This document shows positions 34,260 through 44,151 of a stretch of DNA of 64,000 nt, piece by piece. The notes under the pieces were generated by a model. That model searched no databases. It was not told the origin of the DNA and was given only the letters and a program-made list of their open reading frames with translations. Positions within the stretch are counted from its first letter, which is position 1, and every line of letters starts with the position of its first letter. This DNA is from a virus. The DNA lies in the IMG/VR virus record IMGVR_UViG_3300050020_000030, positions 1-64,000 of that record. One strand, written 5' to 3'. The position numbers were made by a program, and so were the translations under genes.

Positions 34260-35341
34260 TGAGATATTCTCTCATACTCCTCGTTCTTCTTTGGATTCCT
34301 GGATGCTCTTGGCCCCAGATTCCTGGGGGGCTGATAGGGGGGATCACTCCGGTATCTTCGAATATTTTTTCCCCCGCTGCGGGACATTACAGCACTGCGC
34401 AGAGTGTAACGATCACTGCTCCAGCCGGAACCACTTGTTACTACACCACAGACGGTAGCACTCCAAATATTGCTTCTACCCCCTATACAACTCCAATTAC
34501 TGTTTCAGCAAACACAACCCTGAGTGCCGTATGCGCTGATGTTGTTAAGAGCTACACGAACGTTCAAGCTGACTCGACGCAGGATACCGGCACTAGCAGG
34601 GGTTGGAAGTGTATCACCGCGAGCGGCCTGCCTTCACCTTGCTATTCCGGTGGAGGCGTGGTGGGAACAATCTCGGCGGAATCGCAGACCTATGGTAGTA
34701 CGGGGGTCGAGTCAGCTTCGACGACGGCGAGCACAGGCGAAAATCAACTCCTAGTCGTTTACACACAGTTAGGAGCGGGTGGCCTAGCGTCCGTGCTCGC
34801 AGAAGACAAAATCATTCAACCCTCGCAAGGTTCAACATACGTCGCTAATCAAGAAGCTGATATGAATTTGAACGACTCTACACAGTCTCCTCCCCGGTAT
34901 CATGCAGGAGGTCTTCAGTGTAACCAGCAGTCGGGATCGCTTCAATGGCAGATTGATAATCAGCAGGGAAGTTGGCAAAACATCTCACCGCCCATTACAT
35001 TCGGGTGCCCGTTATCTACCACTCAGGCTACCGAAATCAAATACTCTATGCACTGGACAAACGGAGATACGGGGTGTGGCGGGTATGGATGTGATAGTTA
35101 TGATGTACTAAGTATCTGTGTTGGGGGAACGTGTAACAACTACTCTCTTGGAAGAACACTTGAGGCATACACGGAGACCTGGGGCGACATCATGATTATT
35201 CAGGATCAGACAGACTTGACTAATACAACGCAGTCTGGTGCAAATCCAACTACTTCTACGCGCACCATCACGCAGGATAACATGGCTGCGGGCATTTACT
35301 CAACAATGGTTACAGCTACCGCAGGATATACGATTCCATGA
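34259..35341 (+). CDS. secreted Fn3/chitobiase-C (CHB_HEX_C) domain protein with inserted beta domain
   Basis: Signal peptide from GTG 34259; FSPAAGHY..YYTTDGSTP..YTTPITV; last strand AGYTI at the C-terminus. Confidence 0.75.
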   Translation: MRYSLILLVLLWIPGCSWPQIPGGLIGGITPVSSNIFSPAAGHYSTAQSVTITAPAGTTCYYTTDGSTPNIASTPYTTPITVSANTTLSAVCADVVKSYTNVQADSTQDTGTSRGWKCITASGLPSPCYSGGGVVGTISAESQTYGSTGVESASTTASTGENQLLVVYTQLGAGGLASVLAEDKIIQPSQGSTYVANQEADMNLNDSTQSPPRYHAGGLQCNQQSGSLQWQIDNQQGSWQNISPPITFGCPLSTTQATEIKYSMHWTNGDTGCGGYGCDSYDVLSICVGGTCNNYSLGRTLEAYTETWGDIMIIQDQTDLTNTTQSGANPTTSTRTITQDNMAAGIYSTMVTATAGYTIP

Positions 35342-35601
35342 TACGCGCCCTAGCAATCTTACTGCTCTCGATAAGTATTCCTAGTCACCAGTCTGCTCCT
35401 GTAGCTAGTCTAGTCCAGCCTCCTTCATATCCGCATAATCTTACACTCTATAATCCGAAGGGTGAGCAGGTTATAACCTGTCAAATCGTGGATAACGGAG
35501 ACACCATCAAAGACTGCAAGATTCGGGATGGGTTCACCTTGGACGATGTAATGACATCATGGGCCGATGCTTATAAGGACTTGGAAGGCAAAAAACAGTG
35601 A
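35338..35601 (+). CDS. small secreted protein, paralog of ORF 4523
   Basis: Hydrophobic leader; CQI..CKI..LDDV. Confidence 0.6.
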   Translation: MIRALAILLLSISIPSHQSAPVASLVQPPSYPHNLTLYNPKGEQVITCQIVDNGDTIKDCKIRDGFTLDDVMTSWADAYKDLEGKKQ

Positions 35602-35705
35602 CTCTCGACGTGTTTGTATTTGCGGTTGGACTTATTGGCGGCCTTTTGCTCGCGGGTGTCTTACTCGAAATGTTCTTCACGAAGTTGCTCCAAAAATATT
35701 TATAA
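35598..35705 (+). CDS. small membrane peptide (35 aa)
   Basis: GTGA coupling; single TM. Confidence 0.45.
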   Translation: MTLDVFVFAVGLIGGLLLAGVLLEMFFTKLLQKYL

Positions 35706-35723
35706 GAAAGCAGAGGAGACCCC

Positions 35724-36818
35724 ATTCCCGTCTTTCCAAATCTAGCCCCACCGAGTTCCGTAACTATTCAAAGCGTGGTCGATTACTGCCGAGCGGTGGA
35801 CCCCGCGTGTAACCCTATCCTCCCGGCTGGTGGCTACAACTATGAGCCCGCGCTTACGTTTGCGAATGACGTACTCCAGAAAATCTTGTTTCAAGGAATG
35901 AACTGGAGATGGAATACCTCCTATATTCCGCTGTTCCTTACTAACTGCCTCCAGCAGGATTACATTACGAACGTTAAAGATATTGGTTGGTTTACCTCCG
36001 GCTATATCATCGATATCAATAACTCGACCAACGCCAATAATCAAGCACCTAAACCTATCCGAGGTCTGGAAGTAAACCGGGCAATGGGGATTACTCCCTT
36101 CGCAAATCTTCCTACTGAGTCCTGCTTCATCCTGAACAATCAAGCCAATTTTGGGGTGTGGCAACCTAATACTGCGTACCCCTGTCCTTACGGAGTCGCT
36201 GCTGCCCCGGCTACACCTATCTGCCAAATTGTGGATGGCGTCGGTAACATGCTGTTTTTGGATACCGCGCAGATGGGATTGACGACTAACTCCCCCGGAT
36301 TTCCTAACAATAATTCAATACCCCCGGTCGCGCCCAATAGTCCTTATGGAGTTACAGGAAGCGTAGCACCACTGCTTCCTCCTAACTCTGCTCCGGGTAC
36401 GCAGGTAATTGACGGTACGGTAACGTGGACAGTAGCCGATCCTAACGGGTATGCTATTAGATTTAATCCGCTCCCCGGTCTAGGTGGGCTTGCTTGGCTA
36501 GTGTGGATGGAGTACCAGAGGAAAGCCCCCAAGTGGCTTACTTTACAGAGTACGATTTCTCCTATCCCAGATGACTACGCCTTTTTGTTTCGTCAAGGTT
36601 TCTTGGCTAAGTGCCTGCAAGCGGCAGGGAGCAAGAATGCTCAGGCGGCTTACCAGCAATTCGAAGAGCAGGTAGATCAAGCCCTTCGTGCGTCTACCCG
36701 AGAGATTTCTGCTTTCGGTATGGTTCCGGACAACTCTATGAGTTCTTCCAACAGTTCTATAATGAGCTACCCTGCTGGCCCATCTAATCCGTTTTCCAGC
36801 AATGTCCAGTACTATTGA
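35724..36818 (+). CDS. second adaptor/tail tube A-like protein (probable ATT start)
   Basis: Paralog of 30660 (WRWN, PIPD.Y..L...GFL.K); GAGGAG 5 nt before in-frame ATT 35724; track start is 35775. Confidence 0.65.
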   Translation: MPVFPNLAPPSSVTIQSVVDYCRAVDPACNPILPAGGYNYEPALTFANDVLQKILFQGMNWRWNTSYIPLFLTNCLQQDYITNVKDIGWFTSGYIIDINNSTNANNQAPKPIRGLEVNRAMGITPFANLPTESCFILNNQANFGVWQPNTAYPCPYGVAAAPATPICQIVDGVGNMLFLDTAQMGLTTNSPGFPNNNSIPPVAPNSPYGVTGSVAPLLPPNSAPGTQVIDGTVTWTVADPNGYAIRFNPLPGLGGLAWLVWMEYQRKAPKWLTLQSTISPIPDDYAFLFRQGFLAKCLQAAGSKNAQAAYQQFEEQVDQALRASTREISAFGMVPDNSMSSSNSSIMSYPAGPSNPFSSNVQYY

Positions 36819-36819
36819 T

Positions 36820-36848
36820 TTGACGAGATCAGAACTATGTGATATAAT
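36820..36848 (+). promoter_or_regulatory. sigma70 promoter giving a leaderless transcript
   Basis: TTGACG-N17-TATAAT, ATG 7 nt downstream. Confidence 0.7.
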
Positions 36849-36855
36849 ATAGATA

Positions 36856-37746
36856 ATGGAAAATATAGAACAAAAGCCGTACGGGATTATCTACTTTGCT
36901 TTGAACAAGTTGAATGGAAAGTGCTACGTGGGACAGTCCATCCAAGCCGAAGGGAAAAGGTGGAAGCAGCATATATCCTCCAGTCGCCATAGGGGAAGTA
37001 AACTATATTTTCATAAAGCCATTCACCACTACGGACCCGAAAACTTCGAGTTTCGTACTATCCTATCCTGCCCCGATCAAGCGTCTCTAAACTCCGCTGA
37101 AACCTATTTTATAGAATTCTTCGGTTCTATAGACCCCAAAATAGGATACAATAGTACCCTCGGAGGGGACGCGGAAGTTCCTAGCGAGCAGACCAAAAAG
37201 AACATGATTACTGCTTGGGCTAAGCGCCGGGGAGGGGATATCCCGGATACAGAAACCCTGATTAGGGATTATAAGTCAGGGCTATCTTCCGTTAAGATTG
37301 CAAAAAAATACGGGATATCCAAGTTCTGTGTACTCCGTAGATTTAAAGTGGTGGGGTTTGATACACGATCTAATTCTGAGTCTAAAAGACTGCCCGGAAT
37401 ACCGTCGCTAGGGGATGAGTATCTGGCAGGAAAAGACCTCGGGGTTCTGGCCGAAAAATACGGGGTAACTCCTTCGTGGGTGTGGGGTCAACTAAAACAG
37501 AGCAACGTGCCCCTGAGAACGGCTACGGCCTCCCGCACTCTCAATATGGAGAAAACCGGAGAATTAAGTACACTACCCTCCCCCGAAGATTTGGCAGAAG
37601 AATACCTATCTGGAGTATCTTCCGTAAAGCTTTCGAAGAAGTACAATACAACTAAAACTAGGATATTAGCCTACCTCATCAAGAGTGGAATTACCCTTCG
37701 GACTAAATCCGAGGCTTGGGTAGGGCGAAAACAAAGCAAAACATAA
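36856..37746 (+). CDS. GIY-YIG homing endonuclease with three HTH repeats
   Basis: GIIYF..NGKCYVGQS..RW..H..GYNST.GG; repeated Y.SG.S..K.A.KY. Confidence 0.88.
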   Translation: MENIEQKPYGIIYFALNKLNGKCYVGQSIQAEGKRWKQHISSSRHRGSKLYFHKAIHHYGPENFEFRTILSCPDQASLNSAETYFIEFFGSIDPKIGYNSTLGGDAEVPSEQTKKNMITAWAKRRGGDIPDTETLIRDYKSGLSSVKIAKKYGISKFCVLRRFKVVGFDTRSNSESKRLPGIPSLGDEYLAGKDLGVLAEKYGVTPSWVWGQLKQSNVPLRTATASRTLNMEKTGELSTLPSPEDLAEEYLSGVSSVKLSKKYNTTKTRILAYLIKSGITLRTKSEAWVGRKQSKT

Positions 37747-37755
37747 AAGGATAAA

Positions 37756-40700
37756 ATGCCTAACCAGCTTAGCATAGCAGGCGCGAATCCGGGAAAACAA
37801 ACCAAGAGAACTGCACTTTGGACGGCCCGCTGGTCAGATGGGCTTTTCACGAACTCTGGTGCCCTTAGAGACGTGTCTTCAAGGATCGAAGAGCATTATT
37901 ACGGTGCTCACAATGGCCGTCTTATCGAACCTAGCGAAAATGTCGAGATTACCTCCAAACTGACTCTCAAGAGACGGTATGGTAATTCTGTTTGGAATAG
38001 TAACACCTGGACCGACCTAAATTCTTTCTACGAGTTTCGCCAGTTTAACGCAAACGAAGAACAAATCAAGGTCATGGTTGATACCCAAGGCGCGTTGTAT
38101 GACGCCTCAAATAACCAGCAATTGAATATCTGGTCCAAGGTTCCCACTAGTGGTCAGTCCTATATGCAGAGTGTAGGAAACACTCTATTTTGGGGGGACG
38201 GATACGACCGTAAAAAGTGGCTGACTACCCTGCTCGATAGAATCCCATACAAGGTAAGTCCCTTCCCCGAGCCGCAGAATCCCTATAACTTCACTCCGTA
38301 TAACCTAAACTCCTTTATCATAGATACCAACGGGGATACCGAACAGCTTATCGGTACCGTTTTACAGTTATCTAGCTTCTATATCTTAAATGACACTATT
38401 GTATTCTCCCTGTTATCTACCAAGAACGGACACGCTCTTCCTAGCGCGTATGAAATCTTGGTTCCCGGATTACAAATTTTCTTCCCCGCTGACTCCCAAG
38501 TCTCTCAAACTCTCGGTGAGCCTAACGGGGTAACTTTGTCTATAGGGAGTCTTGTCGGCGGAATAGAGGCCGCGTCGGTTACCTTTGGAGGGTCTGGATA
38601 CACTATTGGAGACATCGTTGCAGTAAACCAGACTTCGCCTCTGGGTAGCATGAACGGTACCCTAAAAGTTCTGAACGTCGGGGCAGCAGTCGGAACAGGA
38701 TATAGTACAGCCACAGTTCCTACTACCACGAAGGGCGGGGGGTCCGGAGCGACCCTGAATATTGCCGCCCCTACGGGATACCTTGTCTCAGCCACTGTGG
38801 GAGCGGGCGGAACCGGATACGTAAACGGGGACTATATTATACCTACGCAGGCAAACGCCTCTGGAGGGTATTTTAAAGTTGTAAGTACCGGGGGTGGCGG
38901 GAGTGTAGTTACCGTAGCCGTAGCTACGAATGCGGCAACAAGTTTAGGAATCCAGACAGCGGGGGAGGGGTACTACAATGCTACCGGAATTCCGGTTTCC
39001 GGAGGAACAGGAACCGGACTTACTGTAAGTATCGTTGACGACGAAACACAGTTCAATGCTCCGTTTACCTACGGCGGTGGACCTGTAGCTACGGTTACTG
39101 TCACCACGCCCGGATCGAACTATAACATCGGGGATGTTATCGTGCCACTTGAGAGTACCCAGACCACTTCTGGAGGGGCGCAGTTTACGGTTACCAACGT
39201 GACCGGAGCGGCTTCTGGAGCAGGTCTTACCTACGGTGGTGCTGCGGTTGCGGGGTACGCTCTAGGCGCAGCCAGTGTATGGCAGACCTCCGGATACGGT
39301 ACCAGTGCAGCTATGACTATTACTGGTGTGTCTGGCGGAGTAATCACCTCGGCTACTACAGCTTATGGGGGGTCTGGGTACTCGTCCGGAGACTTGTTAT
39401 ATATTTCTCAGGGTCCTGTTCGCGGTGCAACTCTTATAGTAAGTACCACGGGAGGCGGAGGGGCAGTTGCCCTTGTCACCGTGCTTAACGGGGGTCCCAC
39501 AGCGTATACTCCAGCTACAGGGGTCGCCACATATACATCCGGGGGAGGCAACGGGGCTACAATAGATATTACCACGGTATCTTCCGGACAGATCACGGCA
39601 GGAGTTTTGAATGCCGGGGGTACTGGATATACTATAGGAGACTTGTTGTACGTTGTACAGACGGGAACTGCCGGGGATGCTTATTTTACAGTAACATCCG
39701 TAACTGCCACGGGCGCAGGAGGGATCACGGGTCTAAGCATTCTTACTCCGGGACACGGCTATATTCAGGAAAGTGGAGTTGTAACTACCGCGCAGACGGG
39801 TACGGGAACGGGAGCTATACTTACCCTCGGGGTAGGCGCAGCGTCTTTCTTCCCACCTTTCGCGCTTTCGGATACACCTACGGTGTTTTCGGGCGGTAAC
39901 CCTATCTCCGACGCGAGAACCAATGCACATATAACATGGGCCGGGGTTGGACAAGAGACTATTGACGGCTCCGCTTTGTGGGTCAACAGGGGAGTATCGA
40001 TAGACGGCGGACCCGTGTATAACTGGGGGATGGCGGGCGGGACTAACGCCCCCTCGGTTGTAGTAAACAACGCAATTGGCGGGTGGGTTGCGGATACTTA
40101 CTACTCCCGCTGGGACTTTATTATAGTTACCGTTTCAGGAAGCAATTACCTGATGCAGGTAGAAGGAAGTGGAAAATCCGGAGCCGCCGCGCCTACGTGG
40201 AATACAGTTGTCGGGCAGAAAACTACCGATGGTACAGTAACATGGATGTGTATTGCAAACGACGGTGATACCTCCTTTACTTGGGCGGCAACTCATACAT
40301 ACACTCCGGGCCACGTTATTGAGGCTACGGTAAGTTCGCTGTCCTGTGTTTTTCGGCTACAGTCCTATTCTGGAATCATGACACAAGGAGTTATTCCTGC
40401 GTATTGCTGGCAACTCGGCTCGCAGTTCGGGACAGACGTAGGGGCCGCAGGAGAGATAAACGTAGGTGGAACTAATGCACCTATGGCTCAGAACGGCGGT
40501 CAGTCTCTAGCTACTGCCACCTATACGGGAAACATGAGCGGGCTATTCCTGACCTCTGGCTCAGGAACTGTAGGAACCCCCGCTGTCTCGGGAAATGGCT
40601 CAGTAGCGGGATCAAGTCCCCAATTGTTCCCGGCTACCTCCGATCTAAATATTGGGATGTTCCCCCAGCTAGTTATTCCCGCAGCAGGGACCTATACGTT

Positions 40701-43101
40701 TACAATCGGTCATCAGGTTGCGATGTTCTGGGGAATAGGTAGTGGAAGTCTAAGTCTGAATGTTACTTCAGTTCAGGTACGTGGTGGAACTCTAACAATC
40801 GTAGCTGACCGGGATTTGACGACTCTTCTTACCCCAGCGGTTAGCCTAACCTTTAATGGGCTGTTGTCTTCTACTTGGCTAAATGGGACTACGGTTGCAG
40901 TTAGTACGGTGACCGGAAATACTTTTACTGCGAATCTTGCTCATGCAAATTACGGGCCTATCACCGACACAGGCACGGCTACTACCGGAGCTACGCTATC
41001 CCCGACTCCTGTTAGTGGGCCGATGACATGGAAAACGGGTAGTCCGAATACCTATAATTTCTCTACGGGTACTCCTGTAAAAGGATATCCGATCATGAGT
41101 GCAAACTACCCCTCATCCGGAGGAACGGTTGTTGAGGATTCTGTTCAGATTTCTTTTCCATCTGCTGGAGTCTACCCCGCTGAGATTCATTATGGAGTCT
41201 GGTACCACACCACGAGTGGGTATACCGCTCCCGTAACTTCTCCTACTCTCCCCGGAACTCCGTTTAGTTTCTATATGGTGTACACCCCTCCGGGGAGCAC
41301 TACTAAATACAATATCCTCCCCGAGTCCCTCGCATGTAGCTCAGCCGGAGCACCTGCATTTCCCGCATGGCCTACTTCGGTAGTTAACATCCAAGCTATC
41401 TCTCCCGCGTATCCGTCTGTAGTAGAAGCCTCGGGGAACTTTACTTGGTGGAATCTTGGTCCTACCTCCCAGCTTGGGTGGACGGCGAATACTAATTACA
41501 CGACCCAAGAGTTCGTTGTAGACCAGAACTCTAACCAAGAAGCGGCGTATGAACCGGGGATAAGTGGAACCGCAATACCTCTGTTCTCTACCACTCTTAA
41601 TGGGGTTACCGCAGATACTATCACTACGGGATCAACGGGACTTCTCTGGGTAAATACTGGCCCAGAAGGGAGTACTCCCACCGGAACTCTTGCTACGACC
41701 CAAGGAGGGTGGAGCTACGCTGTCGCGCTGGTTAATACCCTAGATGACACCGTAAGTAACGCTAGCCCCATATCGGCATATACGGGGAACTTCTTCGCAT
41801 CTACCGGCGTCTATGTTAGCGGAGGTCTCCCCTCAGTTATCGACCCACAGGCCGATTATGTGGCTATTTTCCGCACGCAAGATGGCGGTGCGACCTATTA
41901 CCTGATTCCGGGGCCAATTTCCGGAAATGGGAATACGGAGTATACTCTTCCTCTCAGCGTTTACGAGTCTCAGGGATTCACAGATACTACTCTGGATTCT
42001 GGACTCAATACTCTCTTACAGGCTCCTCTCTCGAAGCAGAACTCAGTTCCGCCGAAGGGGATCATCAACCTTGCCTTCCATGTTAGCAGAATTTTTGGTA
42101 GTGTTGGCAACGTGGTATACTGGAGCACCGGACCAGACACCCCCGTTGGTAACGGGTACAATGGTTTTGCCCCGAATAACTTCGCGGAAGCTCCATCCTT
42201 AGTTACCAAGATCGTTCCCCTGAATGCCGGAACTCTAATCTTTACAGTATCCGATATTTATATTCTTTCGGGTGACGGAACTCCCGGAAACCCATTTATA
42301 CTAGAACCCTACCTGCAAAGGATCGGACTTCTCAGTTACAACGCCCTTACAGTAAATGGAAGCATCGTTTACTTCATGACTACCGACAATCAGATAGTCG
42401 AGCTAAACGTTCATACCGGCGTAAGCGGAATTGGAACGCCTATCGCTGATTTGATAAGCGCCAATATGTCTCCTTCTAAGAGCTATCTAACGTGGCATAC
42501 GAGTGGATACCAGGATCAGTGTTTGTTTGCCGCAGACGGAAGTACCGGCTGGTACAGGATGCTTCCCACGGTCCCCCCTGAGCAGGGGATGCCGTGGTGC
42601 CCGAAGGCGAATATTATTGGCGGGGTTGGCGCAGTACAGTCCGTCGAAACTCTCCCCGGTAACATCCAACTCCTGATGGGTCCTCCTCCTGCTATCTCCG
42701 GTCCCATTCTGTTCAGGGATTACACTACTTATCAGGATAACGGCGCGAACTACCCGGCCAACATTACCTTTGGTCCTATCGTTCTTGCTCATCCGGGCCA
42801 GTTAGCGAGCATCGAGTTTATCACGGTAGATTCCCATAAGTTTACTGGAGCGGTTCCTCTTACCCTAGCTGTCCTTCTCGGGGAACTGTACGGGACCTTT
42901 GAACCCCTAACGGAATACGATTACGATCCGCCCCAACTGGGTCCGAGCGAGTCGGTAAACAACCAGAGGTTCTATCTCTCCCAAAGTAATGACTCGGTTG
43001 AGTGCCGGTACTTCCAACTACAGGTTATCTGGCCTCCCCAGAACTTCGCGGATGAGGTGGAAAGTTTAAGCCCAGTCGGCGGCTACAGCCAGGAAAGTTA
43101 A
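37756..43101 (+). CDS. tail nozzle/stabilisation protein (P22 gp10/T7 gp12-like) with large inserted adhesion domains
   Basis: NVEI..KRRYG N-terminus; H.SRIFG..VYWS propeller and C-terminal RYFQL; central GGxGYxxGD repeats. Confidence 0.7.
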   Translation: MPNQLSIAGANPGKQTKRTALWTARWSDGLFTNSGALRDVSSRIEEHYYGAHNGRLIEPSENVEITSKLTLKRRYGNSVWNSNTWTDLNSFYEFRQFNANEEQIKVMVDTQGALYDASNNQQLNIWSKVPTSGQSYMQSVGNTLFWGDGYDRKKWLTTLLDRIPYKVSPFPEPQNPYNFTPYNLNSFIIDTNGDTEQLIGTVLQLSSFYILNDTIVFSLLSTKNGHALPSAYEILVPGLQIFFPADSQVSQTLGEPNGVTLSIGSLVGGIEAASVTFGGSGYTIGDIVAVNQTSPLGSMNGTLKVLNVGAAVGTGYSTATVPTTTKGGGSGATLNIAAPTGYLVSATVGAGGTGYVNGDYIIPTQANASGGYFKVVSTGGGGSVVTVAVATNAATSLGIQTAGEGYYNATGIPVSGGTGTGLTVSIVDDETQFNAPFTYGGGPVATVTVTTPGSNYNIGDVIVPLESTQTTSGGAQFTVTNVTGAASGAGLTYGGAAVAGYALGAASVWQTSGYGTSAAMTITGVSGGVITSATTAYGGSGYSSGDLLYISQGPVRGATLIVSTTGGGGAVALVTVLNGGPTAYTPATGVATYTSGGGNGATIDITTVSSGQITAGVLNAGGTGYTIGDLLYVVQTGTAGDAYFTVTSVTATGAGGITGLSILTPGHGYIQESGVVTTAQTGTGTGAILTLGVGAASFFPPFALSDTPTVFSGGNPISDARTNAHITWAGVGQETIDGSALWVNRGVSIDGGPVYNWGMAGGTNAPSVVVNNAIGGWVADTYYSRWDFIIVTVSGSNYLMQVEGSGKSGAAAPTWNTVVGQKTTDGTVTWMCIANDGDTSFTWAATHTYTPGHVIEATVSSLSCVFRLQSYSGIMTQGVIPAYCWQLGSQFGTDVGAAGEINVGGTNAPMAQNGGQSLATATYTGNMSGLFLTSGSGTVGTPAVSGNGSVAGSSPQLFPATSDLNIGMFPQLVIPAAGTYTFTIGHQVAMFWGIGSGSLSLNVTSVQVRGGTLTIVADRDLTTLLTPAVSLTFNGLLSSTWLNGTTVAVSTVTGNTFTANLAHANYGPITDTGTATTGATLSPTPVSGPMTWKTGSPNTYNFSTGTPVKGYPIMSANYPSSGGTVVEDSVQISFPSAGVYPAEIHYGVWYHTTSGYTAPVTSPTLPGTPFSFYMVYTPPGSTTKYNILPESLACSSAGAPAFPAWPTSVVNIQAISPAYPSVVEASGNFTWWNLGPTSQLGWTANTNYTTQEFVVDQNSNQEAAYEPGISGTAIPLFSTTLNGVTADTITTGSTGLLWVNTGPEGSTPTGTLATTQGGWSYAVALVNTLDDTVSNASPISAYTGNFFASTGVYVSGGLPSVIDPQADYVAIFRTQDGGATYYLIPGPISGNGNTEYTLPLSVYESQGFTDTTLDSGLNTLLQAPLSKQNSVPPKGIINLAFHVSRIFGSVGNVVYWSTGPDTPVGNGYNGFAPNNFAEAPSLVTKIVPLNAGTLIFTVSDIYILSGDGTPGNPFILEPYLQRIGLLSYNALTVNGSIVYFMTTDNQIVELNVHTGVSGIGTPIADLISANMSPSKSYLTWHTSGYQDQCLFAADGSTGWYRMLPTVPPEQGMPWCPKANIIGGVGAVQSVETLPGNIQLLMGPPPAISGPILFRDYTTYQDNGANYPANITFGPIVLAHPGQLASIEFITVDSHKFTGAVPLTLAVLLGELYGTFEPLTEYDYDPPQLGPSESVNNQRFYLSQSNDSVECRYFQLQVIWPPQNFADEVESLSPVGGYSQES

Positions 43102-43116
43102 TAGAATCAATAACTT

Positions 43117-43890
43117 ATGAGCGCATCTAAGAGGAATATAACGCACTGCAAATACGGCCACGAGTTTACTCCCGAGAACACTAGAATAAATAAAGGAGGA
43201 AAACGGTCGTGTAAAATCTGCGAGTTTTATAAACACCTAAAGAAACAGTACGGAATATCCCCTCAAGAATACCAGCAGGTTATTGATACACAAGGCGGTA
43301 AGTGCCCTCGGTGCGGGATCATTCTATCCGACCCAAACGTTGTCTTCGATAGGGAGACCAAAAAGGTAGAAAGCATTAGATGCTATGCTTGTAGCAGGAT
43401 CAGAGGCGAGTTTAAAATACCTACCCACTGTAGTAAAGGACATGAGCTTACAGAAGATAACCTATTTGTTTACCCGGAAAAACGTATATGGTTTTGCCGA
43501 GAGTGCGGAAGAGCTAACGGCCAAAGGTGGAAAAAAGATAATCCGGACAAAGTAAGATTATCTAACAGTACTCCCGAGGCGCGAGCGAGCCAGAAGCGAA
43601 AAAGAATGAAGAGAAATGCTAAATTTCCTAGATACTATAAAGGAAGAGACCTAAAGAAGTTCTATAAGATGACCCTAGAAGACTGGGATAGGATGTATTC
43701 TGAACAAAAGGGACTCTGCGATATATGTAAGACAGAAGTCGAAAATCCAGTAGTCGATCACAATCACCTAACTGGAAAAGTTCGCGGACTACTCTGCCGA
43801 ACCTGCAATCTAGGTATAGGACACTTACAGGAATCTCCCGAAGTACTTCTGTCTGCCATAGAGTACCTTCAGAAACACAAAGAGTCATGA
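43117..43890 (+). CDS. endonuclease VII-type HNH homing endonuclease
   Basis: THCxxGHE repeats; QKGLCDIC..VDHNHLTGKVRGLLCRTCN. Confidence 0.88.
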   Translation: MSASKRNITHCKYGHEFTPENTRINKGGKRSCKICEFYKHLKKQYGISPQEYQQVIDTQGGKCPRCGIILSDPNVVFDRETKKVESIRCYACSRIRGEFKIPTHCSKGHELTEDNLFVYPEKRIWFCRECGRANGQRWKKDNPDKVRLSNSTPEARASQKRKRMKRNAKFPRYYKGRDLKKFYKMTLEDWDRMYSEQKGLCDICKTEVENPVVDHNHLTGKVRGLLCRTCNLGIGHLQESPEVLLSAIEYLQKHKES

Positions 43891-43905
43891 TAAGAAAGGA
43901 GTTAT

Positions 43906-44145
43906 ATGCCATCAATCTCTAAGTCCCTAACATCTACTCTGGATATGTCTAAGTATAAGCCTTTGGAACCGGCTCCGCCGTCTGCTCCTTCTTCCTTTGG
44001 CACGGCGGAAATTACTCAGAGGAACGCCTTTCTTAGATGTCCAGTTCCCTCCATAAGTAGCTCGGCCACCTCTGATGACCTTAGACAGTTTTACCAAAAC
44101 TCCAGAATCCCACAGTATCGCTCGTTCGTCGGACCCAAGAAATAG
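43906..44145 (+). CDS. hypothetical tail-region protein
   Basis: AAGGAG RBS. Confidence 0.6.
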   Translation: MPSISKSLTSTLDMSKYKPLEPAPPSAPSSFGTAEITQRNAFLRCPVPSISSSATSDDLRQFYQNSRIPQYRSFVGPKK

Positions 44146-44151
44146 GATAAC

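Noticed and set aside
10-43119. dif-like half sites near three endonuclease genes (10-29, 25036-25052, 43101-43119)
   Set aside because: Mutual similarity is too low and no full XerC/XerD pair is evident.
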